Shown: piece by piece, positions 9,334 to 20,166 of the stretch | Layout: every line of letters starts with the position of its first letter | How positions within the stretch are numbered: position 1 is the first letter of the stretch | Assembly (NCBI GenBank): GCA_965261005.1 | Contig: OZ253375.1 | Span: 2,400,001 to 2,464,000 of the forward strand | Direction of reading: 5' to 3' | Source of the DNA: Deinococcus sp. | GTDB taxonomy: Bacteria; Deinococcota; Deinococci; Deinococcales; Deinococcaceae | Length of the DNA stretch: 64,000 nucleotides | Position numbers and translations under genes: made by a program | Notes under the pieces: generated by a model | What the model saw: the letters and a program-made list of their open reading frames with translations, nothing else | The model's database searches: none | What the model was told of the DNA's origin: nothing

Positions 9334-10923
9334 TTATTGGCCGCCGCCAGCATATTGGCTGAAGCGAAAAACCACGAATTCTGCCGGCTTCACCGGCGCA
9401 AGGCCGATCTCAATCATCAGAACGCCGCGGTCGCGCACTTCCGGCGGATTCAGCTCGGCGTCGCACTTGACGTAAAACGCTTCGCCCGCCGTAGTGCCGA
9501 ACAGAGCGCCGTCACGCCACACTGTGGTCAAAAAGGCGGTGATGTCACGTCGCACCTTTGACCACAGCATTACGTCGTTGGGTTCAAACACGGCCCACTG
9601 GGTGCCGCGCTCGATTGAGCGTTCGACCATGCTGAACAAGCGACGCACGCTGATGTAGCGCCAACGTGCGTCGCTGGAAAGCGTGCGCGCGCCCCACACC
9701 CGCACGCCCATGCCGGTGAAGCTGCGAATGCAGTTCACGCCGATAGGATTGAGCACGTCCTGCTCACCCTTGGTAATTTGCATCACGGGGTCGAGGGCGC
9801 CGCGCACGACCTCGTTGGCCGGCGCCTTATGCACGCCACGCTCCACGTCACTGCGGGCATAGATACCGGCCACGTGTCCGCTGGGCGGCACCGCCATGCT
9901 GGCGCCATCCGGGCCGTTCACCTTCACCCAGGGGTAATACAGGGTGCCGTAGGCGGAGTCAAAGTTGGTGTCCGTTTCGCGCCAGCGCTTGACTTCCTGC
10001 GGTGTCAGGTCTGGCAGGGGGTCCAGAATGGCCACGCGGTTCTGGTTGCGCTCGCAGTGGTTGATCATGGCGAGTTGCACGGACTTGACGCCCTCTTGGT
10101 CGATCAGGCCGTTTTGATAGGCGCTCATCAAGTCGGGCACGCAGATCATCGAGACGTCTTCGGCGATCTCCAGACCGTCGATGCCGGAGCGCTCCGCGAG
10201 CGAGCCGATAAAGTCGTTGCTCTGCACCGTCAGGTCGGTCGCGCTCGTGGCAGCGCTCGATTTGATCACGAAGGCGCCCAACTCCGGTACGCGCTCCGCG
10301 AGGGCGCCGCTGGTGGTCTGCTCGGTGATCTCGATCAGCTTGCTGGCCTGATTGACCACTTCCACCACGTTGCGCGCGTGCTTTTTGGAAATCGAGACGT
10401 TCTCGAAGGTTTCCTCGGCGCCCGCCGCCTTGACCTTGATGGTGAACACGCCCTCGCCGGGCTGCCCGTCGCCTTCGGACGCGGCGGGCAGTACCTCCAC
10501 GCTGATGTCGTTGCTGCTGTTGCCGCGCGCCTCAATGGTCAAGGCCGAAACTGCCTTGGAGGCGCGGGTAGGCAGTTGCAGCGGCGCGCTTTGGTCAATG
10601 GTCTTGCTGTCCTTGCCACCCTTGCTTTGCTGGGGCGGCACGACGCGGGTGACGTAGCAACGCGTCCCGCCGTTGTTGAAGTAGCCGTATACCGCATGGG
10701 ACAGGTAAGCGCCGGGCATGTGCGGGTTGCGGGCGCCGTCCGGTCCCAGCGCGCCAAAGGTGTTGCGAAATTGGGACCAATTGGTCACCAGCACCGGCTG
10801 GTTGGCCGGTCCCGAAGCGGCAAACCCAACAAAGGCGGCCGTGGTCGTGCCAATGCCCTCAATGGGACGCGGCCCGGAAGCCGTTTCCTCAATGTAGACC
10901 CCTGGCGACAGATACTCTTGCAT
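9334..10923 (-). CDS. Contractile tail sheath protein
   Basis: Start refined to MQEYLSPGVYIEE (RBS gaggtg); YYPWV, VPPSGHVAGIYARSD.ERGVHKAPANE, LNPIGVNCIR, VWGARTL, VFEPND, KPAEFVVFR. Confidence 0.96.
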   Translation of the reverse strand: MQEYLSPGVYIEETASGPRPIEGIGTTTAAFVGFAASGPANQPVLVTNWSQFRNTFGALGPDGARNPHMPGAYLSHAVYGYFNNGGTRCYVTRVVPPQQSKGGKDSKTIDQSAPLQLPTRASKAVSALTIEARGNSSNDISVEVLPAASEGDGQPGEGVFTIKVKAAGAEETFENVSISKKHARNVVEVVNQASKLIEITEQTTSGALAERVPELGAFVIKSSAATSATDLTVQSNDFIGSLAERSGIDGLEIAEDVSMICVPDLMSAYQNGLIDQEGVKSVQLAMINHCERNQNRVAILDPLPDLTPQEVKRWRETDTNFDSAYGTLYYPWVKVNGPDGASMAVPPSGHVAGIYARSDVERGVHKAPANEVVRGALDPVMQITKGEQDVLNPIGVNCIRSFTGMGVRVWGARTLSSDARWRYISVRRLFSMVERSIERGTQWAVFEPNDVMLWSKVRRDITAFLTTVWRDGALFGTTAGEAFYVKCDAELNPPEVRDRGVLMIEIGLAPVKPAEFVVFRFSQYAGGGQ

Positions 10924-11207
10924 GCCTATTTCACCTCGTAAAGTCAGCCTGTGCTGCGAATTGGGACGCCGGAGTTGACCAGCGGGCCGAGAGGCGACGC
11001 GCGCAGCCTTTCGGCTGAAGGACGCCTCACCTATGAGCATACGCAGTTCTGAGGCGGCTGTGTACGCAAACTTGGCATTCTTAAGAGCAAACCTTCCCAA
11101 AGACCGGCCAAAGGCGCTTCTCGAATAGGACGGAGCGGTAAGCTGGAGACCTTCGGAGACCGATTTATGATCCAAACGCCCTGCTGTTCCCTTTCCTTCG
11201 CGCAACG

Positions 11208-13181
11208 ATGTCCCGTCTCACTTGGTGGCCAGCCTTGAACATCAGGCTGGTGCTCAGCCGCTGGCTGTTGGGACAGCCGGCGGAGAACGCCGACGGTCCC
11301 TATGAAAAGGAAAGGGAGGTGGGCGACCATACCCAGCCGTGGTGGCGGGTGATGTGCTTGACCGGCGTGGACTACTTCTCGACGCTGGGCTACCAACCGG
11401 GCATTGCGGCGGTGGCGGCCATTGGCGCGGGGGCGCTGGCCTTGTCTCCTATCGCGACCTTGGTCCTGGTCCTGGTGACCCTGTTTGGAGCGCTTCCGAT
11501 GTACCGCCGGGTGGCCGGCGAAAGTCCGCACGGCGACGGCTCGATCAGCATGCTCGAAAAGCTTTTGCGAAGGTGGCAAAGCAAGCTGTTGGTGTTGGTG
11601 CTGCTGGGCTTTGTCGCCACCGGCTTCATCATTACCATCACGCTTTCGGCCGCCGACGCCGCCGAACACTTGGTCGAGAATCCCTTGCTGCGTCCCTTTG
11701 TGGGCGGTCAGAACATCGCCTTCGCGCTGCTCTTGATCGCGCTGCTGGGCGGCGTCTTTCTCAAGGGCTTCCAAGAGGCCATCGGGATTGCGGTGGTGTT
11801 GGTCGCCGCCTATCTGTCGCTCAATTTGGTGATCGTGATGAAGGGCGCCCTCGAAATTTGGCACCAGCCCGCGCTGCTCGGCGCTTGGACGCGCAGCTTG
11901 GGCGGCGCCTACGCCAGCCCGCTGGCGCTGATCGGGGCGGCCCTGCTGGTGTTTCCCAAGTTGGCGCTGGGCCTGTCCGGGTTCGAGACCGGCGTGGTTG
12001 TGATGCCGCTGGTGCGCGGCGCGCCGGGCGATAATCCGGCGCGCCCGCAGGGCCGCATTCAAAATGCCCGCAAGCTGCTGACCGGGGCGGCCCTGATCAT
12101 GAGCGTCCTGCTGATCTCCAGCTCCTTTGTCACGGCGGTGCTGATTCCGAAGGGAGCCTTTCTGGAGGGTGGTCCCGCCAGCGGGCGGGCGCTGGCGTAC
12201 ATGGCCCACCGCGACCTCGGCGAGGTGTTCGGCAGCGCCTACGACCTCTCGACCATCCTGATTCTGTGGTTTGCGGGCGCCTCGGCCATGGCGGGCCTGC
12301 TGAACATCGTGCCGCGCTACCTGCCCAGGTACGGCATGGCCCCCGAGTGGGCGCGCGCCACCCGGCCCTTGGTGCTGATCTACACCGCCATCTGCTTTCT
12401 GGTGACGCTGATCTTTCGCGCCGACGTGAACGCCCAGGCTGGCGCCTACGCCACCGGCGTGCTGGTGCTGATGGGCAGCGCCAGCGTGGCCGTGACCCTT
12501 TCGGCCGCGCGGGCGGGCCAGCGCGCTCTGAGCCTCGGCTTCGCGCTGGTCAGCTTCATCTTCGCCTACACGCTGGTCGTGACCCTGGCCAGCGACCTCA
12601 GCGGTCTGCGCATCGGCGGCCTCTTCATCCTGGCCATCGCGGCGGTGTCGCTGGTGTCGCGGGTGCGGCGCTCGACCGAGCTGCGCGCCGAGCGCGTCGA
12701 ACCCGACGCGGCGGCCCAGCACTTTCTGGACGCGGCGGCGCGGGCGGGAACGCTGCGCTTTATCGCCAACTCCCTGAACGCCGGAGATGTCGCCGAGTAC
12801 AGCGAAAAAGAGCGCGACGTGCGCGCCGAGACCCACCTGCCCCTCGGTGAGAACGCCCTGTTTTTGGAGGTCACCGTCAGCGATCCCAGCGCCTTTGAGG
12901 ACGTGATCATGGCGGAGGGCGCCGAGGTGGGCGGCTACAGGGTGCTGCGCTTGCGCGGCAGCGCCGTGCCCAACGCCATCGCCGCCTTTTTGCTGTGGGC
13001 GCGCGACCGCTACGGCCAGGTGCCCCACGTGTACTTCCAGTGGATCGAGGGCAGCCCGCTGCTGGCCGCCGGCCGCTTTTTGCTGCTGGGCGAGGGGGAC
13101 ATCGCCCCCCTGACCCACGAGGTGCTGCGCGAGGCCGAGCCGGACCTGACCCGGCGCCCGGTCGTGCACGTGGGCGGCTGA
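11208..13181 (+). CDS. APC-superfamily amino acid/cation transporter
   Basis: Many hydrophobic segments; [33 protein letters not shown]; soluble C-terminal domain. Confidence 0.85.
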   Translation: MSRLTWWPALNIRLVLSRWLLGQPAENADGPYEKEREVGDHTQPWWRVMCLTGVDYFSTLGYQPGIAAVAAIGAGALALSPIATLVLVLVTLFGALPMYRRVAGESPHGDGSISMLEKLLRRWQSKLLVLVLLGFVATGFIITITLSAADAAEHLVENPLLRPFVGGQNIAFALLLIALLGGVFLKGFQEAIGIAVVLVAAYLSLNLVIVMKGALEIWHQPALLGAWTRSLGGAYASPLALIGAALLVFPKLALGLSGFETGVVVMPLVRGAPGDNPARPQGRIQNARKLLTGAALIMSVLLISSSFVTAVLIPKGAFLEGGPASGRALAYMAHRDLGEVFGSAYDLSTILILWFAGASAMAGLLNIVPRYLPRYGMAPEWARATRPLVLIYTAICFLVTLIFRADVNAQAGAYATGVLVLMGSASVAVTLSAARAGQRALSLGFALVSFIFAYTLVVTLASDLSGLRIGGLFILAIAAVSLVSRVRRSTELRAERVEPDAAAQHFLDAAARAGTLRFIANSLNAGDVAEYSEKERDVRAETHLPLGENALFLEVTVSDPSAFEDVIMAEGAEVGGYRVLRLRGSAVPNAIAAFLLWARDRYGQVPHVYFQWIEGSPLLAAGRFLLLGEGDIAPLTHEVLREAEPDLTRRPVVHVGG

Positions 13182-13184
13182 GAT

Positions 13185-13952
13185 TTAGTCCGGGGCCACC
13201 ACCCTGACGCCCCGCGCTTCGAGGGCCTGCCTGAGCGCGCGCGCCGTTTCCAGCGCGTGCGGCCCGTCGCCGTGAACGCAGATGGTGTCCGCCCGCAGGG
13301 GGATGGGGATAAGGCTGCCGACTTGCGTCCGCATTTGAGCGCGCGTCACCATGCCGAGGGCCTGCCGCACGGCCTGCTCCCGCCCCAACAGCGCGCCCGG
13401 CTGGTCCCGAGGCGCCAAGTGCCCGGCCGGCGTGTAGGCGCGGTCGGCGAAGACCTCGTGGATGACGCGTAGCCCGGCCGCCTCACCGGCGCGCGTCAGC
13501 TCGCTGTTCGAGAGGCCGTACAGCTTGAGGTTTGGATCAAACGTCTTTACGGCGGCGGCGATGGCCCCGGCCAGTTCGGCGTCGCGCGCGGCCATGTTGT
13601 AGAGCGCCCCGTGCGGCTTGACGTGGCCCAGCCGCCCGCCGGCGGCGCGTACAAAGGCGGCGAGCGCGCCGATCTGGTACAGCGTCAGGTCATGCGCTTC
13701 TTGCGGAGAAACGCGCAGCTCCCGGCGCCCGAAGCCCTGCAAGTCCGGCAACCCGGGATGGGCGCCCACGGCCACCCCACGCGCCAAGGCGGCGGCCACG
13801 GTGTCGCGCATGATGCCCGGATCGCCCGCGTGCCAGCCGCAGGCGACGTTCGCCGAGGTCACCAGTTCCAGCAGGGCGGCGTCCTCGCCGAGCTGGTAGC
13901 GGCCGAAGCTCTCGCCAAGGTCGCTGTTCAGGTCCACCCGTGGACTGTTCAC
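13185..13952 (-). CDS. pxpA: 5-oxoprolinase subunit A (LamB/YcsF family)
   Basis: DLNSDLGESFG, SANVACGWHAGDP, HVKPHGALYN, EVFADRAY, TICVHGD; GTGA overlap with pxpC. Confidence 0.93.
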   Translation of the reverse strand: MNSPRVDLNSDLGESFGRYQLGEDAALLELVTSANVACGWHAGDPGIMRDTVAAALARGVAVGAHPGLPDLQGFGRRELRVSPQEAHDLTLYQIGALAAFVRAAGGRLGHVKPHGALYNMAARDAELAGAIAAAVKTFDPNLKLYGLSNSELTRAGEAAGLRVIHEVFADRAYTPAGHLAPRDQPGALLGREQAVRQALGMVTRAQMRTQVGSLIPIPLRADTICVHGDGPHALETARALRQALEARGVRVVAPD

Positions 13953-14935
13953 ACCGCTTCCCACCGTAGGCGGGCCACCCGCTCCAGGGCGCGCAGGGCG
14001 CGCTCACGCCGCAGGTACAAGGCCCTGGCCCCCGGCACACTGAGGGAGTGAAAGCGCGCCCGCTCCCCCGGCACCAGTTGGGCGCAGCGCCACACATCGA
14101 CCTGCACGATTTGCGCGACGCGCGGATAGCCGCCGACCGTTTGCCCGTCGGCCAGCAGCGCGATGGGCTGGCCGCTGGGGGGCACCTGCACGGTTCCCGG
14201 CGACACGGCCGCACTGGGCAACTCGCCCGCCCGCGCCCGCGCGAGGGGCGGTCCCTCCAGCCGGACACCCATGCGGTCGGCGTGCGCGCTGACCGTGAAC
14301 CAAGTGCGCCAAAAGGTCTCTTGGGCCGCCCCGGTGAACCACGCCATTTCCGGCCCCGGCGTGGCCCGCAGCGCCGCGCCGCGCCGCCAAGGTGGGGAAA
14401 AGGACCACGGCGCGGCCCAAAAGGCGCCGGCGAAACCGGCCGGCGCCCCGAACCCCGGTCCTTCGCCGACCTGCAACAAGTCCCCCCCTCGCAACGCCCG
14501 TCCCTCGAAGCCGCCGAAGCCCGCCGGCAGGTAGGTGCTGGTGCTGCCCAGCACCGGGGGCACCTTGATTCCGCCCGCCACGCTGAGGTACAGCCGGCAG
14601 CCTTGCCGGGGGCGCCCGGTGAGGAGCAGGCTGCCCATGGGCAGCCACAGCGGGCGCCACAGCGGCAGCGGCGCCCGCCGCGTGCCATACCTCAGCTCGG
14701 CGCTCAGGTCGGCCCCGGTGAGGGCGATCAGGGCGTCCGCCCCGAATTCAAACGAGCTGCCGCCCAAGGTGATTTCCAGCCCCGCCGCCCCCGGCGGGTT
14801 GCCCACCAAGGCGTTGCCCAGCCGCAACGCCTCGGCGTCGGCCGCCCCGCCTGGCGGCACGCCCCACGCCCGCTGGCCGGGCCGACCGAGGTCTTGCACG
14901 GTGCTGAGAAGACCCGGCTGCAACACCCGAATCAG
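13949..14935 (-). CDS. pxpC: 5-oxoprolinase subunit C (KipA/AHS2 family)
   Basis: PGLLSTVQDLGR, DRMGVRL, GTVQVPPSGQPIALLADGQTVGGYP; start may be CTG at 14935 or GTG at 14926. Confidence 0.9.
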   Translation of the reverse strand: MIRVLQPGLLSTVQDLGRPGQRAWGVPPGGAADAEALRLGNALVGNPPGAAGLEITLGGSSFEFGADALIALTGADLSAELRYGTRRAPLPLWRPLWLPMGSLLLTGRPRQGCRLYLSVAGGIKVPPVLGSTSTYLPAGFGGFEGRALRGGDLLQVGEGPGFGAPAGFAGAFWAAPWSFSPPWRRGAALRATPGPEMAWFTGAAQETFWRTWFTVSAHADRMGVRLEGPPLARARAGELPSAAVSPGTVQVPPSGQPIALLADGQTVGGYPRVAQIVQVDVWRCAQLVPGERARFHSLSVPGARALYLRRERALRALERVARLRWEAV

Positions 14936-15612
14936 GACGTTTCTCCATCTTGAAAGGCCTTCAGCGGGACCGGCACGAAGCGGACCTTGTCGCCGCCGCG
15001 AAGCAGGCTGGGCGGGTCGCGCCGCGGATTAAACAGCGCAGCGTTGGTGCGCCCGATGATGTGCCAACCGCCCGGCATCGCGAACGGGTACACGCCGGTT
15101 CGCCCGCCGGCCAGCGCCACCGCGCCGGCCGGCACCCTCACGCGCGGCGCCGCCCGGCGCGGCAGGTGCAGGCGGGGGTCAAGGCCGCTCAGATAGGCGA
15201 AGCCCGGCGCGAAGCCGATCAGCTCGATCAGGTACTCGGCGCCGGCGTGCAACTCGACCACCTCCCGCTCGCTCAGGCCGCTATGGCGCGCCACCCAAGC
15301 CAAGTCGGGGGCGCCGTTCCCCTCGTAACACACCGGCAGCTCGTGCAGGCGCGGCGTGGAGGCGGACGGCTCGCTCTGATCAGACAAGCGGCGGCGCAGC
15401 TCGGCCTCCAATTCGGCCGGACCCCAGCGCAGCGGGTCGGCGTACACGGTCAGGCTGGTGGCGCCGGGCACCGCCTCCAGAAAACCGGGAAACGGCGCGG
15501 CGCGCAACTTGGCGTGCAACCGGGCGATCTCGTCGCGCCCGCCCGCGCCCGGGGTTTCATCCAGCGTGACGATCAGGCCCAACTCGCCCAGCGGGGTAAA
15601 TTTTGGAACCAT
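14932..15612 (-). CDS. pxpB: 5-oxoprolinase subunit B (KipI/AHS1 family)
   Basis: LPVCY, GFAPGFAYLSGL, PRVRVPAGAV, PGGWHIIGRT. Confidence 0.92.
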   Translation of the reverse strand: MVPKFTPLGELGLIVTLDETPGAGGRDEIARLHAKLRAAPFPGFLEAVPGATSLTVYADPLRWGPAELEAELRRRLSDQSEPSASTPRLHELPVCYEGNGAPDLAWVARHSGLSEREVVELHAGAEYLIELIGFAPGFAYLSGLDPRLHLPRRAAPRVRVPAGAVALAGGRTGVYPFAMPGGWHIIGRTNAALFNPRRDPPSLLRGGDKVRFVPVPLKAFQDGETS

Positions 15613-15714
15613 TCCCGCAGCTTACAGGCGTGCCGTGCAGGGCGCCCACTCCTGGGCTAAACTCTCTTCGCCGGCGGGCGTCCCAAAAGGCTCGTTGGCA
15701 AAGGAACGCTCTGT

Positions 15715-16308
15715 ATGGTCGAGGCGCTGCTCCACTGGTTGAATACCCTCAACCCGCTTGCCGTTCAAGCCGTCAACTTCTTGCTGCTCGTGCTTGAGGG
15801 CGTCGGCTTGCCGGCCATTCCGTATGAGGCCAGCATGCTCGCCCTGGGGCTGATGAGCCGCGGCGGTCAGGTGGCGCTGTGGCAAGCGGTCTTGTTCGGC
15901 GCCCTCGGCAATACGCTGGGCAACGTTATCGGCTATTACGTCGGCGAGCGGGGCTTGCGGCTGATTCCCCAAGACGTGCAGCGCCGCTTCGGCCTGAATA
16001 CCATTCGGTCCCTGCTCGAGCGGCACGGTCCCTGGATGGCGGTGATCAGCCGCTGGTTCGGCCCGTTCCGCACCCTGTTTATCTTGTACGCGCGCACGGC
16101 GGGCCTCAAGCCCATTCCATACGCCGCCTGCTCTTTTGTGGGCGCGCTGAGCTGGACGGCCGTGTGGCAGCTCGGCTTGTGGGCGGGCGGCGTCGCCTTT
16201 GTGCAGTTATGGCATCGCTACCAGACCTACACCCTGGTCATCTTGGCCGTCCTGGCCGTGCCCGCCTACTTTATCTACCGCGCTTACCAGGCGCGGCGAA
16301 CGGCGTGA
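15715..16308 (+). CDS. DedA family membrane protein
   Basis: LEGVGLPAIPYE, GNTLGNVIGYYVG, ISRWFGPFR. Confidence 0.88.
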   Translation: MVEALLHWLNTLNPLAVQAVNFLLLVLEGVGLPAIPYEASMLALGLMSRGGQVALWQAVLFGALGNTLGNVIGYYVGERGLRLIPQDVQRRFGLNTIRSLLERHGPWMAVISRWFGPFRTLFILYARTAGLKPIPYAACSFVGALSWTAVWQLGLWAGGVAFVQLWHRYQTYTLVILAVLAVPAYFIYRAYQARRTA

Positions 16309-16324
16309 CGGCGTCCATGTCTTC

Positions 16325-16357
16325 AAAAAAAGAACCCCGCGCTGGACGGGGTTCTTT
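16325..16357. terminator. Bidirectional intrinsic terminator between dedA and tRNAs
   Basis: aaaaaaagaacccc-gcgctggac-ggggttcttt hairpin. Confidence 0.7.
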
Positions 16358-16362
16358 CCTCG

Positions 16363-16439
<77 letters not shown>

Positions 16440-16484
16440 GAACCCGAAAAAATACGAACCCCCGAATTCCTTCGGGGGCGCCTT

Positions 16485-16560
<76 letters not shown>

Positions 16561-16651
16561 GTAAAGCTTTGGCATCTTAGCAAGCGGGCGTGGGAAATGT
16601 CAACGCGGCAAATGCGCCAAAAACGCGCGCCGCTTGGTCTAGCCTAAATGT

Positions 16652-17020
16652 ATGAGCGACCGCCTGCTGAGCGCCGCCCTGCTGCTGGCCGCCTTGGCAT
16701 GTGGCAGTTGGGCTGTTTGGCCGCAGCTTTTTCCTGAGCCGCGCGCGCCGCAGGTGACCAGCGCCTTTTTGCCGCCAACCGGCCCCCTTGATCCGGCGCC
16801 CAGCTACGCCACCACGGCCAGCGTCGCGCCGCTGATTTCAGGACGGCTGAACATCAACAGCGCCACTGAGGAGCAATTGGAAGCCCTGCCCAAAGTCGGA
16901 CCGGCGATGGCGAAGCGCCTTTTGGCGGCCAGGCCCTACCGCTCGTTGAATGACCTCGACCACGTCAAAGGGGTGGGGCCGAAGCTGCTGGCCACGTTGG
17001 CGCCGCTGGTGACGTTTTGA
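16652..17020 (+). CDS. comEA: ComEA family helix-hairpin-helix DNA-binding protein
   Basis: N-terminal [21 protein letters not shown]...VKGVGPK; TAGCCT-N6-ATG leaderless start. Confidence 0.88.
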   Translation: MSDRLLSAALLLAALACGSWAVWPQLFPEPRAPQVTSAFLPPTGPLDPAPSYATTASVAPLISGRLNINSATEEQLEALPKVGPAMAKRLLAARPYRSLNDLDHVKGVGPKLLATLAPLVTF

Positions 17021-19233
17021 CCCACGCGCTCGGGCGGCACGCGGCGGCCAAGGTACCGGACCGCGCGCCGGCGGGTCGGCCCGCCTTCCTGCCGCCGTGG
17101 CCGCTCGTTCTATTCGCGGGCTTGCTGGCCGGCGTGCTGGTCGCTTGGGGCGCGTACTGGGGGGCGCTCTTTTTGCTGGTGGCGGCGCCGGCGGCGCGCG
17201 GGCGGGTCTGGCCGCTGGCGGCGCTGGCCCTCGCGGGCGCGCTGCTCGGCGGCGTGCGCGAGCGGCAGTGGGCCGGGGGGGACGACCGCCTGGCCGCTTG
17301 GCGTGGGGCCACCGTCACGCTGAGCGGCCGTTGGGACGGGCAATTTCTGACGCTCGCGGACCCGCCGGCGCGGGTGGCCTTGTCGCCGAAGCCGGACGTG
17401 CCCGCCGGCTCCCTGCGGGCGCGCGGTCACCTGGACGCGCCGGGGGGCCGGCGCAATCCCGGCGGCTTCGACTACGCCTTTTGGCTGCGCGTGCGGGGCG
17501 TGCGCGAGGTGCTGTACGGCGCGAAGGTCGTGCACTCTCCTGAGGGTGGTGGCGCGCGCGCTTGGTTCCAGCGCGGCCTCCACGCCGGCCTGAGCGTCCG
17601 GGCCGGGGCGCTGATGGAAGCGCTCACCTTGGGGGACAGAAGCGAGATCGCGCGGGAAGCCGTGCGGGCGGGGAATGACCTCAGCGTCCGCGACGCCTTC
17701 GCCCGGGCGGGGCTGGCCCATCTGGTCGCCCTCAGCGGGCAGCACGTCGCCCTGCTGGTCGGGGCCTTGCTGCTGCTGCTGGGCCGCACGCGGCTGGGCT
17801 TGGCGCGCTACGGCGTGGCGCTGGCCTTTTTGGCCCTGTACCTCACCTTGGTGGGCGCCTCGCCCAGCATCACGCGGGCGACCGTCCAAGGCGGGGCGGT
17901 GCTGCTGGGGCTGTGGGTGGGGCGCGGCAAGCTGGACGTGCTGGGCACGCTGGGCTTGGCGGGGGCGGCGAGCGTGTTGCTGTTTCCCGGCTGGGTCTTC
18001 GACCTCGGCTTTCAGCTGAGCTTTCTGGCGGTGCTGGCCCTCACGCTGACGCCGCGCTTAGAGGCCCGAATGCCGCAGGGGTGGCCACGCTGGCTGCGCG
18101 GGGGCGTGGCCGTCACGCTGCTGGCCGAGGTGGCGACGGCGCCCTTTGTCGCCCACAACTTCGGCCAGTTGCCGCTGGTCGGGCTGCCGGCCAACCTGCT
18201 GGCGGCGCCGCTGATCGCCGCCTTGGTGCCGCTGGGCTTTCTGGCCGGGCTGCTGGGGCCGCTGGGCCTGCTGGTGAATTGGCTGGTCGCTCCCATCGCG
18301 GGCCTGCTGCTGTGGCTGGTGGGCGCGCTGGGCGCCGCGCCCAGCTTGCCGTGGGGCCTGGTTGCGCCGGCGGGCTGGGCGGCCTACGTCGTGTTCGCGG
18401 CGGCCCTGGCGCTGTGGTTGTTGCGCCGAATTTCGGCGCGCGTCCTGGCAACGGTCGCGCTGCTGTGCGCGCTGGGCACGGCGTTGCCCGCCCGAATAGC
18501 GCCCACGCGCGAGCTGGTCTTCTTGGACGTTGGGCAGGGAGACAGCACGCTAGTGCGCCTGGGCGACTTCACCATGCTGATCGACGGCGGCGGCACCCCA
18601 CGGGGCGACTACGACGTGGGCGCCGGAACGGTGCTTCCCGCCCTGCGCGCGCTGGGCGTGAATAAAATAGATATCGCTATAGCCACTCATGCCGACGCGG
18701 ACCATGTCGAGGGCTTGTCCAGCCTGCTGCGCGCGTTGCCGGTGGGCGAACTGTGGATCGGGCAACGTAAAACGGACGATCCGGTGTTGGGGGCCGTCTT
18801 GTCGGTGGCGGAGGAGCGCCGTGTGCCCGTGCGCGAGGTGCGGCGCGGCGACCGCGCTACCGCCGGAGGCGCGACCTTCACGGTGCTGTGGCCGAGGGGG
18901 GCGCCGTGGAGCAGGGCCGACAACGACAACAGCGTGGTGCTCAAGTTGGAGGACCGTGGCTTCAGGACCGTCTTCCTGGGCGATCTGCCCGATCCCCTTG
19001 AAGGTCAGCTCGGCGTGGGCAGGCTTGACCTCTTGAAGCTGGCCCACCACGGCTCGCGCTTTTCGAGTGGGGCCGCCTTTTTGGCCGAGACGGCCCCGGG
19101 GGACGCCGTGATCTCGGTGGGCCGCAACACCTACGGGCACCCGAACGCCGAGGTGCTGGGAAGGCTGCAAGCGCAGGGAGTTCACGTTTGGCGCACCGAT
19201 CAATCGGGTGCCGTGCGCTGGCCTTTGCCGTAA
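17017..19233 (+). CDS. comEC: DNA internalization competence protein ComEC/Rec2
   Basis: [51 protein letters not shown]. Confidence 0.95.
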   Translation: MTHALGRHAAAKVPDRAPAGRPAFLPPWPLVLFAGLLAGVLVAWGAYWGALFLLVAAPAARGRVWPLAALALAGALLGGVRERQWAGGDDRLAAWRGATVTLSGRWDGQFLTLADPPARVALSPKPDVPAGSLRARGHLDAPGGRRNPGGFDYAFWLRVRGVREVLYGAKVVHSPEGGGARAWFQRGLHAGLSVRAGALMEALTLGDRSEIAREAVRAGNDLSVRDAFARAGLAHLVALSGQHVALLVGALLLLLGRTRLGLARYGVALAFLALYLTLVGASPSITRATVQGGAVLLGLWVGRGKLDVLGTLGLAGAASVLLFPGWVFDLGFQLSFLAVLALTLTPRLEARMPQGWPRWLRGGVAVTLLAEVATAPFVAHNFGQLPLVGLPANLLAAPLIAALVPLGFLAGLLGPLGLLVNWLVAPIAGLLLWLVGALGAAPSLPWGLVAPAGWAAYVVFAAALALWLLRRISARVLATVALLCALGTALPARIAPTRELVFLDVGQGDSTLVRLGDFTMLIDGGGTPRGDYDVGAGTVLPALRALGVNKIDIAIATHADADHVEGLSSLLRALPVGELWIGQRKTDDPVLGAVLSVAEERRVPVREVRRGDRATAGGATFTVLWPRGAPWSRADNDNSVVLKLEDRGFRTVFLGDLPDPLEGQLGVGRLDLLKLAHHGSRFSSGAAFLAETAPGDAVISVGRNTYGHPNAEVLGRLQAQGVHVWRTDQSGAVRWPLP

Positions 19234-19242
19234 AGTGAGCGC

Positions 19243-20166
19243 GTGCCCCACCTGCTCGACGTGCTGACCACGGTCCCGCAAAGCGCGGAAAGGCTGGCCG
19301 ACCAACTGGGCGTCACCACAGAGGCGGTCGGGGCCGAGTTGGCGCGCTTGATGGGGGAGGGGGTGCCGCTGCTGACCACGCCAGGCGGCCACGCCCTCGC
19401 TCTTGGCACGCCGGCGCCCACCTCGCTGCGCCCGCGCGGCGCCTTTGGACGGGCCTATCGCTACCTGGGCACGCTGGAGAGCACCCAGGATGAGCTGCGC
19501 GCTTGGCGGGACGCGCCACATGGGGCGGTCGTGTTGGCCGAGCGCCAGCGGGCCGGACGCGGGCGGCGCGGGCGCCCTTGGCACAGTCCCGGCGAGGCGC
19601 TGACGTTCTCGCTGCTGTTGTCGGAAGGGCCTGTTCTGGATGATCCCACGCTGGCCCCTTTCGCGGCGGGGGTGGCGCTGCGCGCGGCGTGCGGGGTCGG
19701 CGGCCTCAAATGGCCCAACGACCTGCTCGCCCCGGACGGCCGCAAGCTGGCCGGCGTGCTGCTGGAAAGCGAGCTGCGCGGCGGCCGGGTGCGCCGCGCG
19801 CTGCTGGGCGTCGGCCTGAACGTTCGCGGCGCCCCACCGGGTGGGGCGGCCCTGGGAGAGTTCCGCCCAGTCCAGCGCGCCGAGCTGCTTTCAGAACTGC
19901 TGTGGCAGTTGGAGGGCTGGCTGGCCGCCCCGCGCGGGCAAGTGCTGGCGACGTGGCGGGAAGGCAGCGTCACCTTGGGGCGCGAGGTCCGGGTGCAGAC
20001 GGCCCAGGGCGAGGTGTGCGGCGTGGCGCGCGCGCTAGAGTGGGACGGCGCCCTGAGCGTCGAGACGGCGCGGGGAACGGTGCGCGTGACCGCCGGCGAC
20101 GTTACCCTGGTTGGGACCCTGGTTGGGTCGCGAATCGGGTCGCGTCAAGAAAGCGAGGAAAGCTGA
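19243..20166 (+). CDS. birA: Biotin--[acetyl-CoA-carboxylase] ligase
   Basis: STQD, ERQRAGRGRRGRPW, LKWPND, KLAGVL. Confidence 0.93.
   Translation: MPHLLDVLTTVPQSAERLADQLGVTTEAVGAELARLMGEGVPLLTTPGGHALALGTPAPTSLRPRGAFGRAYRYLGTLESTQDELRAWRDAPHGAVVLAERQRAGRGRRGRPWHSPGEALTFSLLLSEGPVLDDPTLAPFAAGVALRAACGVGGLKWPNDLLAPDGRKLAGVLLESELRGGRVRRALLGVGLNVRGAPPGGAALGEFRPVQRAELLSELLWQLEGWLAAPRGQVLATWREGSVTLGREVRVQTAQGEVCGVARALEWDGALSVETARGTVRVTAGDVTLVGTLVGSRIGSRQESEES

Noticed and set aside
1..10923. Prophage or T6SS interpretation of the tail genes
   Set aside because: No head, portal, terminase or integrase genes; single-chain sheath and gp19-like tubes rather than TssB/TssC/Hcp. The left flank is unseen.
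10924..11207. Possible riboswitch (c-di-AMP or c-di-GMP) between the CIS and the APC transporter
   Set aside because: Only a small hairpin (cagcc-tttc-ggctg); I could not find the conserved ydaO or GEMM sequence motifs. An Rfam scan would settle it.
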